A DNA stretch of 32,000 nt from Verrucomicrobiota bacterium (GCA_021294815.2 CP095464.1:690001-722000), one strand, 5' to 3'. Counted from the stretch's first letter, positions 7,578 through 18,127 are shown. Program-made: numbers and translations. The notes: generated by a model not told the origin, from the letters alone.

Positions 7578-9779
7578 ATGATACCAGGTTATTTTTGGCT
7601 GATTCCGCTTTCGGCGGTATTTGTGTTATATGTTGCGGGACGCCTATTCCGGATGATGAAGTCCGAGGCACCGGGTACCGAGCGCATGATTGAGATCGCA
7701 ACCTACGTTCATCGCGGGGCGCTCGCGTATTTGAAGCAGCAATATAAGGTGGTTGGTCTGGTATTTCTCCTAATTGCGGGATTTTTGTCGCTGCTAGCAT
7801 ATCGTTTTCACCTTCAGAATCATTGGGTGCCATTTGCATTCATTACAGCTGGTGTTTGTTCTGGTTTAGCGGGATTTATCGGGATGCAAACCGCGACACA
7901 AGCTTCTTCCCGTGCAGCCTTTGCGGCTTCACATTCATTGAACGATGGATTGCGCGTCGCATTCCGGAGTGGGGCCGTGATGGGGCTTACGGTTGTCGGC
8001 CTCGCGCTTTTGGACTATTCTTTTTGGTTCGTCGTTCTGAATTTATTTGATACCGATCCGGCAGATAGCGTGAATCGGATGATTACATTAACTGGGACGA
8101 TGCTTACCTTTGCGATGGGAGCTTCGTTACAAGCTTTGTTTGCACGTGTTGGTGGTGGGATTTTTACTAAAGCGGCCGATGTCGGAGCGGATCTTGTTGG
8201 AAAAGTCGAAGAGGGAATCCCGGAGGATGACCCACGAAATCCGGCTACGATAGCCGATAATGTCGGTGATAACGTCGGCGATGTCGCGGGTATGGGTGCC
8301 GATTTGTATGAATCGTACTACGGGGCGATGCTTGCGGCGGCGGCGCTTGGGGCCTCGGCATTTGCGCGTGGCAGCATCGTGATGCAGATGAAAGCCATTT
8401 TAGCGCCTCTGTTGATTGGTGCCGTTGGAGCGGTACTTTCGGTAATTGGAATTTTCGTCGTCCGAACGAAGGAAGATGCGTCGAGTTTAGACCTCCTCAA
8501 AGCGCTTGGTCGCGGCATTAAACTCAGCGGCCTATTTATTCTTGTTGCGGTATTTTTGATTTTTAAACTGTTGGGGTTTGAGAATGCCCTTGGCCTTTGG
8601 GGTGCTGTTGCAGTAGGTTTAATTGCGGGTGAGATCATTGGAAAGTCGTCGGAGTACTACACTTCTCAGGCCTATTTCCCAACGCGAAATGTTGCGGAAC
8701 AATCGCAAACAGGGCCCGCGACCGTTATCATTAGTGGGATCGGTGTTGGTATGTTGTCGACAGTTATTCCGGTTATTATCGTCGCCGTCGGGACTCTAAC
8801 GGCGTTTTATCTTGCACAGAATATCGGTCCGGAGCGTGATACGATCATGGGCCTGTACGGAGTTGCCATCGCCGCGGTTGGTATGTTGTCGACCTTAGGT
8901 ATTACGATGGCGACCGATGCCTACGGACCAATCGCCGATAATGCGGGTGGAAATGCAGAGATGAGCGGACTCGGAGAAGAGGTGCGTCATCGTACAGATG
9001 CGCTTGATGCTCTGGGAAATACAACTGCGGCAACAGGTAAGGGCTTTGCGATTGGTTCTGCGGCGTTGACGGCCCTAGCGCTTTTGGCGTCGTATGTTAG
9101 TGCGATTAAGAGTGGCCTTATTGCTTCGGGGACGCAGTACCTTGTGCTCAATGGAAATGTTTTAGATGTCCCAACGCTTAGTCTCGAGGATATCATTGCG
9201 TATTTTCAGATTAATTTATTGAACCCGCGGGTACTCATGGGGCTCTTTATTGGATCGATGTTGGCCTTTGTTTTTTGCGGTCTATCGATTAATGCTGTTG
9301 GGCGTGCAGCGGCAAGCATGGTGGAGGAAGTACGTCGACAATTCCGCGAAATTCCAGGCATCATGGAGAATAAAGCCGTCCCAAACTATGCTCAATGTGT
9401 CAAAATTTCGACCTCGGCCGCTCAGCGCGAAATGCTGTTACCGTCGTTATTAGCGATCTTTTCGCCGATTATCGTCGGGATTGTCTTGCGTGTCGCTGGT
9501 GTTGTCGGTCTTCTTGCAGGTGCCGTCTCGACGGGCTTTGTTTTAGCGATCTTCATGGCCAATTCCGGTGGAACCTGGGATAACGCCAAAAAATATATCG
9601 AGGAAGGTGCGATGGGTGGCAAGGGCTCTCCGGCATACAAGGCCGCTGTGATCGGTGATACCGTGGGCGATCCGTTCAAAGATACCGCAGGTCCGAGCCT
9701 TAATATCCTCATCAAGCTCATGTCGATCGTTTCGCTCGTAGTTGTCGGTGTAACGCTTGCGTTTGAGAAAATTATCTAG
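7578..9779 (+). CDS. hppA: membrane-bound ion-translocating pyrophosphatase (M-PPase)
   Basis: 733 aa and highly hydrophobic. Diagnostic motifs are present: [56 protein letters not shown]. Confidence 0.95.
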   Translation: MIPGYFWLIPLSAVFVLYVAGRLFRMMKSEAPGTERMIEIATYVHRGALAYLKQQYKVVGLVFLLIAGFLSLLAYRFHLQNHWVPFAFITAGVCSGLAGFIGMQTATQASSRAAFAASHSLNDGLRVAFRSGAVMGLTVVGLALLDYSFWFVVLNLFDTDPADSVNRMITLTGTMLTFAMGASLQALFARVGGGIFTKAADVGADLVGKVEEGIPEDDPRNPATIADNVGDNVGDVAGMGADLYESYYGAMLAAAALGASAFARGSIVMQMKAILAPLLIGAVGAVLSVIGIFVVRTKEDASSLDLLKALGRGIKLSGLFILVAVFLIFKLLGFENALGLWGAVAVGLIAGEIIGKSSEYYTSQAYFPTRNVAEQSQTGPATVIISGIGVGMLSTVIPVIIVAVGTLTAFYLAQNIGPERDTIMGLYGVAIAAVGMLSTLGITMATDAYGPIADNAGGNAEMSGLGEEVRHRTDALDALGNTTAATGKGFAIGSAALTALALLASYVSAIKSGLIASGTQYLVLNGNVLDVPTLSLEDIIAYFQINLLNPRVLMGLFIGSMLAFVFCGLSINAVGRAAASMVEEVRRQFREIPGIMENKAVPNYAQCVKISTSAAQREMLLPSLLAIFSPIIVGIVLRVAGVVGLLAGAVSTGFVLAIFMANSGGTWDNAKKYIEEGAMGGKGSPAYKAAVIGDTVGDPFKDTAGPSLNILIKLMSIVSLVVVGVTLAFEKII

Positions 9780-10644
9780 CCTTTTTCGTCAAAAAGTATG
9801 CGCTGAAAACGTAGATTAGTACGTACGCTAGGGGCATCGAGATCATTGTATTGACGTTGAAGACAGCGGCATGGTCGTTGTATATCAGGGCCTGCCGTAA
9901 TAACATAAGCGTAAAGACGGTACCGAAGTGCAATCCAATGGCGGCCTTTAGAGTTTGCGTTGTTGAAGTGATAGCTGCGAGCAAAAATCCAAAGGAAAAC
10001 AATAGCCCAAATTGTGCCCATCGGATCGAGAAAACGGTTTCAAAGAGGTAAGAGTAAAGATACTGGAACCCGCTCCAAAGGCCGATATCTTGTTGGACAA
10101 TGGGAGCGGGGCGGAAGTGTAAGTAAGCAAAAATAAGCGACGAAAAAATAATCGCGATGATTTGGGGACAGTGCATACGCAGCGACTGAAAAATCATCCC
10201 GCGGAAAATCCACTCTTCTAAGACTGCGACAACGAGTGCCCCAAGGAAGGATTTAACCACAAAGTACGGTGTTAATTTCTGAAAAAGGATGTTGTTATCA
10301 GGGCGATTAGAAATTACAACCCAGCCGCAGAGAATGAGTACTAAAACCGCTCCAATAAGCGCATAGCAAAAAAACGTTACAGAAGTTTTTTCTGATTTTG
10401 GGGAGAAGATCGGTTGCTGCCGGTATTGATACCATAGAGAGGGGAGAAATAAAAGCAATGCACCGAGACGAATACGTTCGAAAAAAACTCCAAAACCTTT
10501 ACCGATCCAGTGTGCTAAGGTAGGCGATGGCCAATGAGCTTCCCAGAACAGAGCGCCATGAAAAACCAAGGGTGTTAAAATGGCGGCAATAACGAGCGAA
10601 CAGAGATAATAAAAAAGCAACCGGACGAATAGATCGGATTTCAC
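9772..10644 (-). CDS. CPBP family intramembrane metalloprotease (CAAX-protease-like)
   Basis: 290-aa polytopic protein with the CPBP motifs EEWIFRG (EExxxR) and FAYLHF (FxxxH). The start is GTG at 10644. Its 3' end overlaps hppA by 8 bp. Confidence 0.75.
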   Translation of the reverse strand: MKSDLFVRLLFYYLCSLVIAAILTPLVFHGALFWEAHWPSPTLAHWIGKGFGVFFERIRLGALLLFLPSLWYQYRQQPIFSPKSEKTSVTFFCYALIGAVLVLILCGWVVISNRPDNNILFQKLTPYFVVKSFLGALVVAVLEEWIFRGMIFQSLRMHCPQIIAIIFSSLIFAYLHFRPAPIVQQDIGLWSGFQYLYSYLFETVFSIRWAQFGLLFSFGFLLAAITSTTQTLKAAIGLHFGTVFTLMLLRQALIYNDHAAVFNVNTMISMPLAYVLIYVFSAYFLTKKAR

Positions 10645-10738
10645 GGATTTTTACGGTAAATCCGTTCAAAAATTGTCAAATATAGAGCGCACAGAAGGGA
10701 GATATTAACCCGAGATTGACACTATTGAGGCCATCTGC

Positions 10739-11758
10739 ATGGTGCCCCATATGAAGGTTTTGGTTACCGGTGGGGGCGGTTTTCTCGGTTGCCACATCAT
10801 CGAGTTACTGCAACACCGCGGGTATGATATCCGTGCGATGGGTCGTCACAAACAGCCGGTCCTCGAGTCTCGCGGCGTCACTTTCATGACCGGTGATGTA
10901 TCCTTCTTGGAAGACATCGAGCGTGCCGTCGACGGTGTTGATGCCGTTTTTCATGTTGCGGGTCGTGCGAGGATGGACATGGATTACCAGGCCTACTACA
11001 ATACGCACGTCGTTGGAACCAAAAACGTTGTCAGCTCGTGTGAAAAGTATGGCGTTTCGAGGCTTGTTTTGACGAGTTCTCCTGCGGTTGTTTTTAACGG
11101 TCGTGACTTTTCTGGAGACGATGAATCGCTGCCACTCCAAAAACACTACCATTGGCCGTATGTTACGACAAAAGCGCAAGCGGAGGCCCATGTTTTAGCG
11201 CACAATTCGGCACGGTTGAAGACGGTTGCCATTCGCCCCCATCTCATGCTCGGCGAGGGCGACCCCCATCTGATTCCTAATGTTTTACGGCGGGCACGAC
11301 GGCAGCAGCTCAAAATTGTCGGTGATGGCGAAAATCTTGTCGATATCACATTCGTTAAAAATGCTGCACACGCACATCTTCTTGCATTTGATGCCTTGGA
11401 GCGGGGTGTTGCTGGCGGTAAGGCGTATTTCATCGGCCAAGAGCGGCCCGTAAAGCTTTGGTCTCTGATTAATATGATCTTAGAAAGTGTTGGACTGGAA
11501 AAGGTCCAGGAGCACATCTCGTTTCGCCGAGCATATTGGGCAGGGTTGGCGATGGAGGTGTTCTATAAGCTATTTTTGCGTCTCAAAATGCCACCCATGA
11601 CGCGGATGTTGGCAACGGTTTTGAGTAAGAATCACTATTTTTCGCATGAGCGCGCGTACCGGGATTTGGGTTATACGCCGCTGATAACGATCGAACAGGG
11701 GCTCGCAGAGCTTATTCAGGGATTAAGATTACGACGAAAGTTAGGTCTCAAAAAGTGA
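10739..11758 (+). CDS. NAD(P)-dependent epimerase/dehydratase, 3beta-hydroxysteroid dehydrogenase-like extended SDR
   Basis: It has the Rossmann motif VLVTGGGGFLG, the catalytic YVTTK (YxxxK) and a hydrophobic C-proximal segment typical of the 3beta-HSD family. The ATG at 10751 (MKVLVTGG...) is an equally plausible start. Confidence 0.8.
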   Translation: MVPHMKVLVTGGGGFLGCHIIELLQHRGYDIRAMGRHKQPVLESRGVTFMTGDVSFLEDIERAVDGVDAVFHVAGRARMDMDYQAYYNTHVVGTKNVVSSCEKYGVSRLVLTSSPAVVFNGRDFSGDDESLPLQKHYHWPYVTTKAQAEAHVLAHNSARLKTVAIRPHLMLGEGDPHLIPNVLRRARRQQLKIVGDGENLVDITFVKNAAHAHLLAFDALERGVAGGKAYFIGQERPVKLWSLINMILESVGLEKVQEHISFRRAYWAGLAMEVFYKLFLRLKMPPMTRMLATVLSKNHYFSHERAYRDLGYTPLITIEQGLAELIQGLRLRRKLGLKK

Positions 11759-13326
11759 GATTACAAACGCTATTCCATATTTTTGGTGTGTCATTTTACA
11801 CATTGCTTTCGCGAATTACCGGTCTACTGCGCGACATTTTAATGTTTTCGGCCTTCGGGACGAGCGCCTTAAGTGCGGCTTTTCTTAATGGATTTACGCT
11901 GACAAACCTGTTCCGGCGGCTTTTTGGCGAAGGGGCGCTCACGTCGGTCTTAATCCCGGCATTTTCTAAAGAGTACCACGTCGAAGGGAAAGTGGCCGCG
12001 TTCCAGTTTCTCAACCAGGTCATGTCGCGATTAATGCGATTACTTCTAGCGCTCGTTGTGATTGGAATTGCGTTATTTTTATGGGGATATTTCTGGTCGA
12101 CGACGACCGATAACTGGCGGTTAACGTTCCGTTTTTGCGCAATCTTGCTGCCGTATATGTTTTTCATTTGTATGGCAGCCGTTCTGTCTGCAATTTTGAA
12201 TGTTTTTGGACGTTTTTGGTTTGCGGCATGTAATTCGATTTGGCTCAATTTGAGTATGATTGTGGCCCTTACGATGGGGTTCTGCTTCCCTCCCGAAGTG
12301 TCAATTTATATCCTTTGTGGTGCTGTATTAATCGGCGGTGTTATTCAAATGGGATCCCTTTGGTACGCGCTGAAGCCACACGATTGGTGCTTTCACTGGG
12401 ATTTTTCGAAGAGCGAACGTATTGACGCGTTTTGGCGCATCCTATTGCCGGGACTTTTAGGAGCAACGATTGTTCAGATCAATACAGCGACATCACAGGC
12501 GCTTGTGTATGATGTCAGCGCGAGTGCCGTCTCAATTCTCTACCTCGTTAACCGGCTTATTGAGCTCCCACTAGGATTGTTTGCCATTGCGGCGACAACG
12601 GTTATTTTCCCTCGCCTTTCGCAATTGGAGGCACAGAATGCGCAAAACGCGCTTAAAACGGAGTTTGAAAACGGAATTTCGCTCATTCTGATGATTCTGT
12701 TTCCATCAGTGTTAGGCCTTATAAGTCTCAGCAAAGCGATTTTAACGCTCTTGTTCCGTTGGGGAAATTTTACAACGGGCGATGTTGCCATTGCGGTCCC
12801 CGTACTCGATGTTTTTGCGCTTTCGCTCCCATTTTACGCGCTTTCGATTTTTCTCACGCGGGCCTACCATAGCAAAAAAAACATGGTTCGACCGATGTGG
12901 TACTCGGCGATTAACTTTGTCGTTAACCTACTCCTAACACTGGCAGTACGGCATTCCCTCGAGGCTCTGGGTGTCGCAATTGCGAACTTTTTATCGATTA
13001 TTCTGCAAGTTGCCTTATTGCGCTACGGGCTTCGGTCCTACGAGGCGTTCCGTACATCGATTTTTAGTTCCCCAAAGGCAATTCGTTATTTAATCGCAAG
13101 TTGTGTGATGGGAGGATGTGTAGCAATCGTAGATCATCTACTTGTGGGGCAGATGATGAACGAAAAATTATGGTCATTGACCAGTGTCGCTGTGAATGTG
13201 CCCCTCGGGGTTATTTTATATTTTACCTTTGTTTATGTTCTATCGCCTTTCGAAGAGCGCCAGGCGCTTTTGCAATTAGCAAAAATGTTTATAAAAAAAA
13301 TCAAAAATCTGTCGCCGCGCAGATAA
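11755..13326 (+). CDS. murJ: lipid II flippase MurJ/MviN
   Basis: 523 aa with about 14 hydrophobic segments. The N-terminus LSRITGLLRDILMFSAFGTSALSAAF is MurJ-like. The GTG start overlaps the previous stop (GTGA). Confidence 0.85.
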   Translation: MRLQTLFHIFGVSFYTLLSRITGLLRDILMFSAFGTSALSAAFLNGFTLTNLFRRLFGEGALTSVLIPAFSKEYHVEGKVAAFQFLNQVMSRLMRLLLALVVIGIALFLWGYFWSTTTDNWRLTFRFCAILLPYMFFICMAAVLSAILNVFGRFWFAACNSIWLNLSMIVALTMGFCFPPEVSIYILCGAVLIGGVIQMGSLWYALKPHDWCFHWDFSKSERIDAFWRILLPGLLGATIVQINTATSQALVYDVSASAVSILYLVNRLIELPLGLFAIAATTVIFPRLSQLEAQNAQNALKTEFENGISLILMILFPSVLGLISLSKAILTLLFRWGNFTTGDVAIAVPVLDVFALSLPFYALSIFLTRAYHSKKNMVRPMWYSAINFVVNLLLTLAVRHSLEALGVAIANFLSIILQVALLRYGLRSYEAFRTSIFSSPKAIRYLIASCVMGGCVAIVDHLLVGQMMNEKLWSLTSVAVNVPLGVILYFTFVYVLSPFEERQALLQLAKMFIKKIKNLSPRR

Positions 13327-13365
13327 AAGATGACAAGTATGAATTTTTAGTTAACGTCGCGCGGC

Positions 13366-14667
13366 ATGAGATATTTTGGTACCGATGGGATTCGCGGTCG
13401 ATTTGGCTCCTTTCCGATCGAGTTGAACTTTTTAAAAAAACTTGCTTCGGCGCTAGAGCGTTGCGGCTCATTTCAGCAAGTTGTGATTGGTCGCGATACA
13501 CGAGGTTCTGGAGTGGCGATTTTCGATGCTCTTGTGGGTGGTTTTTCTAAAAACATCACGGTTTTTGATCTTGGGATTGTCACTTCACCCTTGCTCTCCA
13601 GAGCCGTTATAGAAACGAAATCCGATTTCGGCCTCATGATTACCGCCTCACATAATCCTGCCTCTGATAATGGTGTTAAAATTTTTGGCTCACATGGGGA
13701 AAAAATCGACAAGGAATTTGAGGCGAAACTCGAATCAGAAATCGATCGTCTTCGAGATGAGGATATGCCATCTTTGAAAGCCTCAGTTAAAGAAGTACAG
13801 GTCAAGCCAAGATACGTAGTTTCTCCCAAGATCAAGAATCGCTTCCGCAAAGTTGTCATCGACAGTGCTAATGGTTCCACTTTGGAATTTGCGCAGCAGG
13901 CGTATGATTTTGAGACAACTATTTGGCTTGGTGATCATCCCGATGGAGTGAATATAAATCAGGACTGTGGCAGTGAACATCCCGAAGCGTTACAGGCGGC
14001 TGTACGGAAAACAGGCGCGTCTTTGGGAATTGCCCATGACGGTGATGGCGACCGGGTTTTAATTTGTGACGAGGAAGGGACGATCATTCCCGGCGAAGTC
14101 CTTTTGGGGTTAATTGCGATAGACCTTCAGCGGCAAGGATGCCTCAAAAATGGCGCAATTGTGACGACGGCAATGTCTAACCAAGGTCTTGCTCGAAGCC
14201 TCGAAAAGTATGGCATCAAAGTGCTCTTATCCGATGTTGGCGACCGTAATGTCGCGGCAATGATGCAGCAAGAAGGGTGTAACTTGGGCGGCGAAAATTC
14301 GGGACATATCATTTTTTCGGATGCAGCACCAACGAGCGATGGGATTCAAACGGCATTACTTTTCCTCGAAGCGGTGGCGCATTTAGATGTTTCACTAAAA
14401 AAATGCAGCGAGATAATCGCATTGCTTCCACAAAAAGTGTGTAGCCTCCCAGTACGCAAAAAAATCCCCATTACCGAGCTCCCTGAGCTGAACAATATTA
14501 TTCAATTTGAGGCAGAACAACTGCGCAACCAGGGAAAAGTATTTGTCCGTTATTCAGGGACAGAACCTAAGCTGCGCCTCCTCGTCGAGGCTCCAACAGA
14601 GCAACTCGCGGCACAAATTTTAACAAAAATCAGAAATGGTGTGGTAAATTGTAAAAAAATTGCATAA
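13366..14667 (+). CDS. glmM: phosphoglucosamine mutase
   Basis: Motifs present: FGTDGIRG, the phosphoserine loop TASHNPASDNGVKIF, the Mg site GIAHDGDGDR, and GGENSGH. Confidence 0.9.
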   Translation: MRYFGTDGIRGRFGSFPIELNFLKKLASALERCGSFQQVVIGRDTRGSGVAIFDALVGGFSKNITVFDLGIVTSPLLSRAVIETKSDFGLMITASHNPASDNGVKIFGSHGEKIDKEFEAKLESEIDRLRDEDMPSLKASVKEVQVKPRYVVSPKIKNRFRKVVIDSANGSTLEFAQQAYDFETTIWLGDHPDGVNINQDCGSEHPEALQAAVRKTGASLGIAHDGDGDRVLICDEEGTIIPGEVLLGLIAIDLQRQGCLKNGAIVTTAMSNQGLARSLEKYGIKVLLSDVGDRNVAAMMQQEGCNLGGENSGHIIFSDAAPTSDGIQTALLFLEAVAHLDVSLKKCSEIIALLPQKVCSLPVRKKIPITELPELNNIIQFEAEQLRNQGKVFVRYSGTEPKLRLLVEAPTEQLAAQILTKIRNGVVNCKKIA

Positions 14668-14675
14668 TTAGAGCT

Positions 14676-15242
14676 GTGGATACACGGATGCACTCACGGT
14701 GGATCGGAAAAATTGAGGCTTTATGTCGTGCAGAGAATTGGGATTACGCGCAGTTTTTGTGCATGGAGTTTTTGTTTCAGTCGCCTAACGAGCTTGCTGT
14801 CCGTCAATGTTTACAGGAGACGCGTGCACATATACCCTCTCGCCGTTCCCTACGCCATTGGGGTTGTTGGGGAAAAACGTTTTTAGGGATTTTATGGGAT
14901 TTGTGGCACCTTAAAACACGTCACCGAGAATTGTTATCGAAATTGGATCAGTTGTTAAATGCGATGCCGCGCTGTTACTTTCTTTGGCGCGTGTTAGCCG
15001 AGGTCGCATCGAGCTTTGCACTTTATGAAACGGCGATTTTTGCAATCCGGGAAATCCCAGAGCCAGAGCGGAATATTGCCGATAAACTGCTCATGGGGGA
15101 GGCGCTTTACGAATCAAACGACTATGCGGGGGCTGTTGAGATTGCAAATCAAGTGTTAGCGCAAACACCGGATCATATTCGAGCGCGCGATTTGTTATGG
15201 CAAGCGTCAGTTGATCAATCGATGATGCATGAATTGGTCTAA
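14676..15242 (+). CDS. hypothetical protein with a C-terminal TPR-like repeat
   Basis: The 188-aa ORF fills the gap between glmM and rdgB on the same strand. The C-terminal GEALYESNDYAGAVEIANQVLAQTPDHIRARDLLWQA looks like one TPR unit. I recognise no family. The first codon is GTG, and an ATG at 14688 is an alternative. Confidence 0.5.
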   Translation: MDTRMHSRWIGKIEALCRAENWDYAQFLCMEFLFQSPNELAVRQCLQETRAHIPSRRSLRHWGCWGKTFLGILWDLWHLKTRHRELLSKLDQLLNAMPRCYFLWRVLAEVASSFALYETAIFAIREIPEPERNIADKLLMGEALYESNDYAGAVEIANQVLAQTPDHIRARDLLWQASVDQSMMHELV

Positions 15243-15257
15243 AAGGGATATTTGAGA

Positions 15258-15869
15258 ATGAAGCAAAAGTTGTGTATCGCTTCGATGAACTCGGAAAAAC
15301 TGGAAGAGCTCAATCAGTTACTGGGAGGCTTTTTTGAACTGCTTTCGCTAAAAGATTTTCCCACTATGCCGGAGGCGGAAGAACCGTACGATGATTTTTT
15401 ACGCAATGCTGCTTTCAAAGCCCGTCATTACGCAAACACGACGAATATGTTAACGCTTTCCGAGGATGCTGGTCTCTGTATCGATGCGCTTAACGGATTT
15501 CCAGGTGTTTTTACGAAGCGCTTTATCACGCAAAGCAAGGGTTTGGCGAATGCTTATAACCAGCTCGAAGAATTGTTATCCATAAAAAGCGACAGAGGTG
15601 CACATTTTATCTGTGAAGCGGTGTTCTATGACCCCGTTCATGATTGCTATTTCCGTGGCCTGGGAATCATGTCGGGAAAAATATCCTTTCCGGCGCGTGG
15701 CAATCACGGATTTGGTTTCGATCCAGTCTTTATTCCAGAGCATTATGATCAGACGATTGCGGAGCTGGGCCCCAAAGCGAAACAGACCATTGGCCATCGT
15801 GGCCAGGCGATTCACGCGTTACTCGAAAACTACCAAAGACATAACGTAACCGATATCTCACTTTCTTAG
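15258..15869 (+). CDS. rdgB: non-canonical purine NTP (dITP/XTP) pyrophosphatase, RdgB/HAM1 family
   Basis: Motifs present: SEDAGLCIDALNGFPGVFTKRF and HGFGFDPVF. The track ORF begins at a TTG at 15252, with an ATG two codons later. Confidence 0.9.
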   Translation: MKQKLCIASMNSEKLEELNQLLGGFFELLSLKDFPTMPEAEEPYDDFLRNAAFKARHYANTTNMLTLSEDAGLCIDALNGFPGVFTKRFITQSKGLANAYNQLEELLSIKSDRGAHFICEAVFYDPVHDCYFRGLGIMSGKISFPARGNHGFGFDPVFIPEHYDQTIAELGPKAKQTIGHRGQAIHALLENYQRHNVTDISLS

Positions 15870-15888
15870 CGTCTCCTCAAAACGCTCC

Positions 15889-15965
<77 letters not shown>

Positions 15966-16033
15966 GACGGCTATAAAACTAGGTGTGTGCTGTGATGTGA
16001 CAAGCTTTAAACGTCACGTTTTGAACTAAAGGG

Positions 16034-18127
16034 TTGTCAAGAGGCCAGTTTTACAAAGAACATTCCCGAGTGAGAAATCATGTTGGTGTGTTGCTATTGT
16101 TGATTGCACAGACAGTATGTGCAGAGAATCCCTCGAACACAGAAATCGCAGCACCAGAAGAAGATGCCTCACAAAAGTTGACGCAGATGTCGGCGACTGG
16201 CGGCGCGAAATTACAGGTTCGTGGCGTGACCGTCGAGGCCGATCATTTTTCAATGCACGATGGCAGTATTTTTGCCGAAGGTGATGTGCGCTGCGTTGGC
16301 GATAATTTTTATATCCTGTGTGACAGTGTAAGCTGGTCAATGGATGCGAAAGAAATTCACGCCAAAAATGGTCAGGTTCAGATCGAGTTTTTGGGTTGTA
16401 CCGCCGAAGAATTAAAGATCGATGACGAGGAAGTTGCGCTCCGTGGAGCGGACGTTTATGCCCAGTTAGGTCCCGGTAGTCCGCACCTGAGCAGTCAAAG
16501 CGTGCGTTACTATCGGAAGAGGAATCGGATTGCGATTCGTGGTGGAAAATTACGTATCGGTCGCATTCCCGTCCTAGTTTTCCCTAAAGTTAACACGGAT
16601 CCGCGTTTTTGGACAGCGATTGAAGTGTATGCCAATGCGGGACGCACTAAAAGTAAAGGTGTTTATTTGCAGAGTGAGGTCAAGTTCCACGTTTTATCTG
16701 ATCTCTATGCGGGATATATCGCAGATTACTATAGCCGCCGAGGATATCTATTGGGGCCTGTTTTAAAGCTTCGAAGCGACCGTCCTCAAATCAAGGGGTA
16801 TTTCGATTTCCGAGCGGCAACCATTCGCGACCATGGTAAAGATCGAGGCGTTGACGTCGATGGGGTTCCCATTGAGAAGCGTCGAGGATTTTTAGACGTT
16901 CGGGGCAACTATCACTTCGGTGAACATGCGGATGTCATTTCGGATTTTGTGTGGACCGGAGACAGCCGGATGTCCGGGGATTTTCGCCACAATCTTTACG
17001 GCGACTGTCGTGTCCGTGATTCGTTTTTAGAGTACGACATTCGTGGACAACAGACGCTCATAACGGCGTTTATGCGTCCCAAGATTAACCACTTTCAGCG
17101 ATTTCCCGAAGAATTACCTTCATTGCGGCTGAATTATTTCCCCCGCGAACTCGGCGATTCAGGGATCTATGCCTCAGGTTTGTTCGACATTGCTCGTATC
17201 AAAGGGCATGACCAGGACTCACGCGAAGCGATTGAAAGTAATCGCTTCGATGGCTATGTGGGCTTGCGTTATCCCGCGGAATTTGAGGGAGTTCACGTGA
17301 TGCCGACTGTTGGGACGCGTTGGACGGACTATAGTGGTTATGGTGGTCGCGCGCTGGGCGAGCTTGGGCTCGACCTGAACACCGAATTTACGGGGTTTTA
17401 CCGTAAGGGCATTGCGGGGCTTGGTATTTTATCTTGGAAGCACATCATCCGTCCGACGATCCAGTATCGCTACTGTCACTTTCTAGGTGCGCAGCGCTCT
17501 ATACCGCATTTAATGACGAAAAAGGAGATATTTTTCCCGAGCCTTGACCTCGCTGAGCGTCGGGATGTCGACGATCTCACGGGGCAGCACATTATTCGCC
17601 TTGGCCTTGAACAGGACTTTTGGGGGCGGAAAAAAAACAAAGTTACGAAGCTCGCGTCCTTTAATTTCTACCAAGATTTCAATCTCCAGCGCTTTCGGCA
17701 GCGTGATAATTCGAAACCTGATGCAATCGGTGATTGTTACCTGGTAACAGAACTCGCATTACGGCATTGGCTCCGTGGTCAGTTCTATCTACGCGGGAAC
17801 TGGAAGCGTTCGTTGATCGAAGAATTCGGGATTCACGATGAGATTGCGAGCGGCGACCTTTGGTCACTCGGGACCTTTGGTCGCTTCCGCCGTCACAAGT
17901 ACCACGAGATCGGGGCGGAGTTCAATTTTCAACTCAACGTTTTATCATCATGCGGCGTAAGGACAAAGTTCGATGCACAACACGGGCGTTTTTTATCAGC
18001 AGAGCTTTTTTACAATCTGTTATACGGTGGCATTTGGGATCTGCATTTTTGCTTAAAAATTAAAAATCACGCACGTCGCGATACCCGAGTCCAGCCGGGT
18101 TTTTCGTTCCGGCTGAAACACTGGTAA
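16034..18127 (+). CDS. LptD/OstA-like outer-membrane beta-barrel protein (probable LPS-assembly protein)
   Basis: A signal-peptide-like N-terminus RNHVGVLLLLIAQTVCA/ENP is present, so the real start may be the GTG at 16070. The OstA-like N-domain pattern (VEADHFSMHDGSIFAEGDVRCVG...LCDSVSWSMDAKEIHAKNGQV) is followed by a long region of alternating beta-strand character ending ...PGFSFRLKHW, a terminal aromatic typical of OMPs. Assignment to LptD specifically is inference. Confidence 0.6.
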   Translation: MSRGQFYKEHSRVRNHVGVLLLLIAQTVCAENPSNTEIAAPEEDASQKLTQMSATGGAKLQVRGVTVEADHFSMHDGSIFAEGDVRCVGDNFYILCDSVSWSMDAKEIHAKNGQVQIEFLGCTAEELKIDDEEVALRGADVYAQLGPGSPHLSSQSVRYYRKRNRIAIRGGKLRIGRIPVLVFPKVNTDPRFWTAIEVYANAGRTKSKGVYLQSEVKFHVLSDLYAGYIADYYSRRGYLLGPVLKLRSDRPQIKGYFDFRAATIRDHGKDRGVDVDGVPIEKRRGFLDVRGNYHFGEHADVISDFVWTGDSRMSGDFRHNLYGDCRVRDSFLEYDIRGQQTLITAFMRPKINHFQRFPEELPSLRLNYFPRELGDSGIYASGLFDIARIKGHDQDSREAIESNRFDGYVGLRYPAEFEGVHVMPTVGTRWTDYSGYGGRALGELGLDLNTEFTGFYRKGIAGLGILSWKHIIRPTIQYRYCHFLGAQRSIPHLMTKKEIFFPSLDLAERRDVDDLTGQHIIRLGLEQDFWGRKKNKVTKLASFNFYQDFNLQRFRQRDNSKPDAIGDCYLVTELALRHWLRGQFYLRGNWKRSLIEEFGIHDEIASGDLWSLGTFGRFRRHKYHEIGAEFNFQLNVLSSCGVRTKFDAQHGRFLSAELFYNLLYGGIWDLHFCLKIKNHARRDTRVQPGFSFRLKHW

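Noticed and set aside
15868-15886. 5-bp inverted repeat (AGCGT...ACGCT) between convergent rdgB and tRNA-Val
   Set aside because: The stem is very short with a 9-nt loop and no flanking T-run on either strand.
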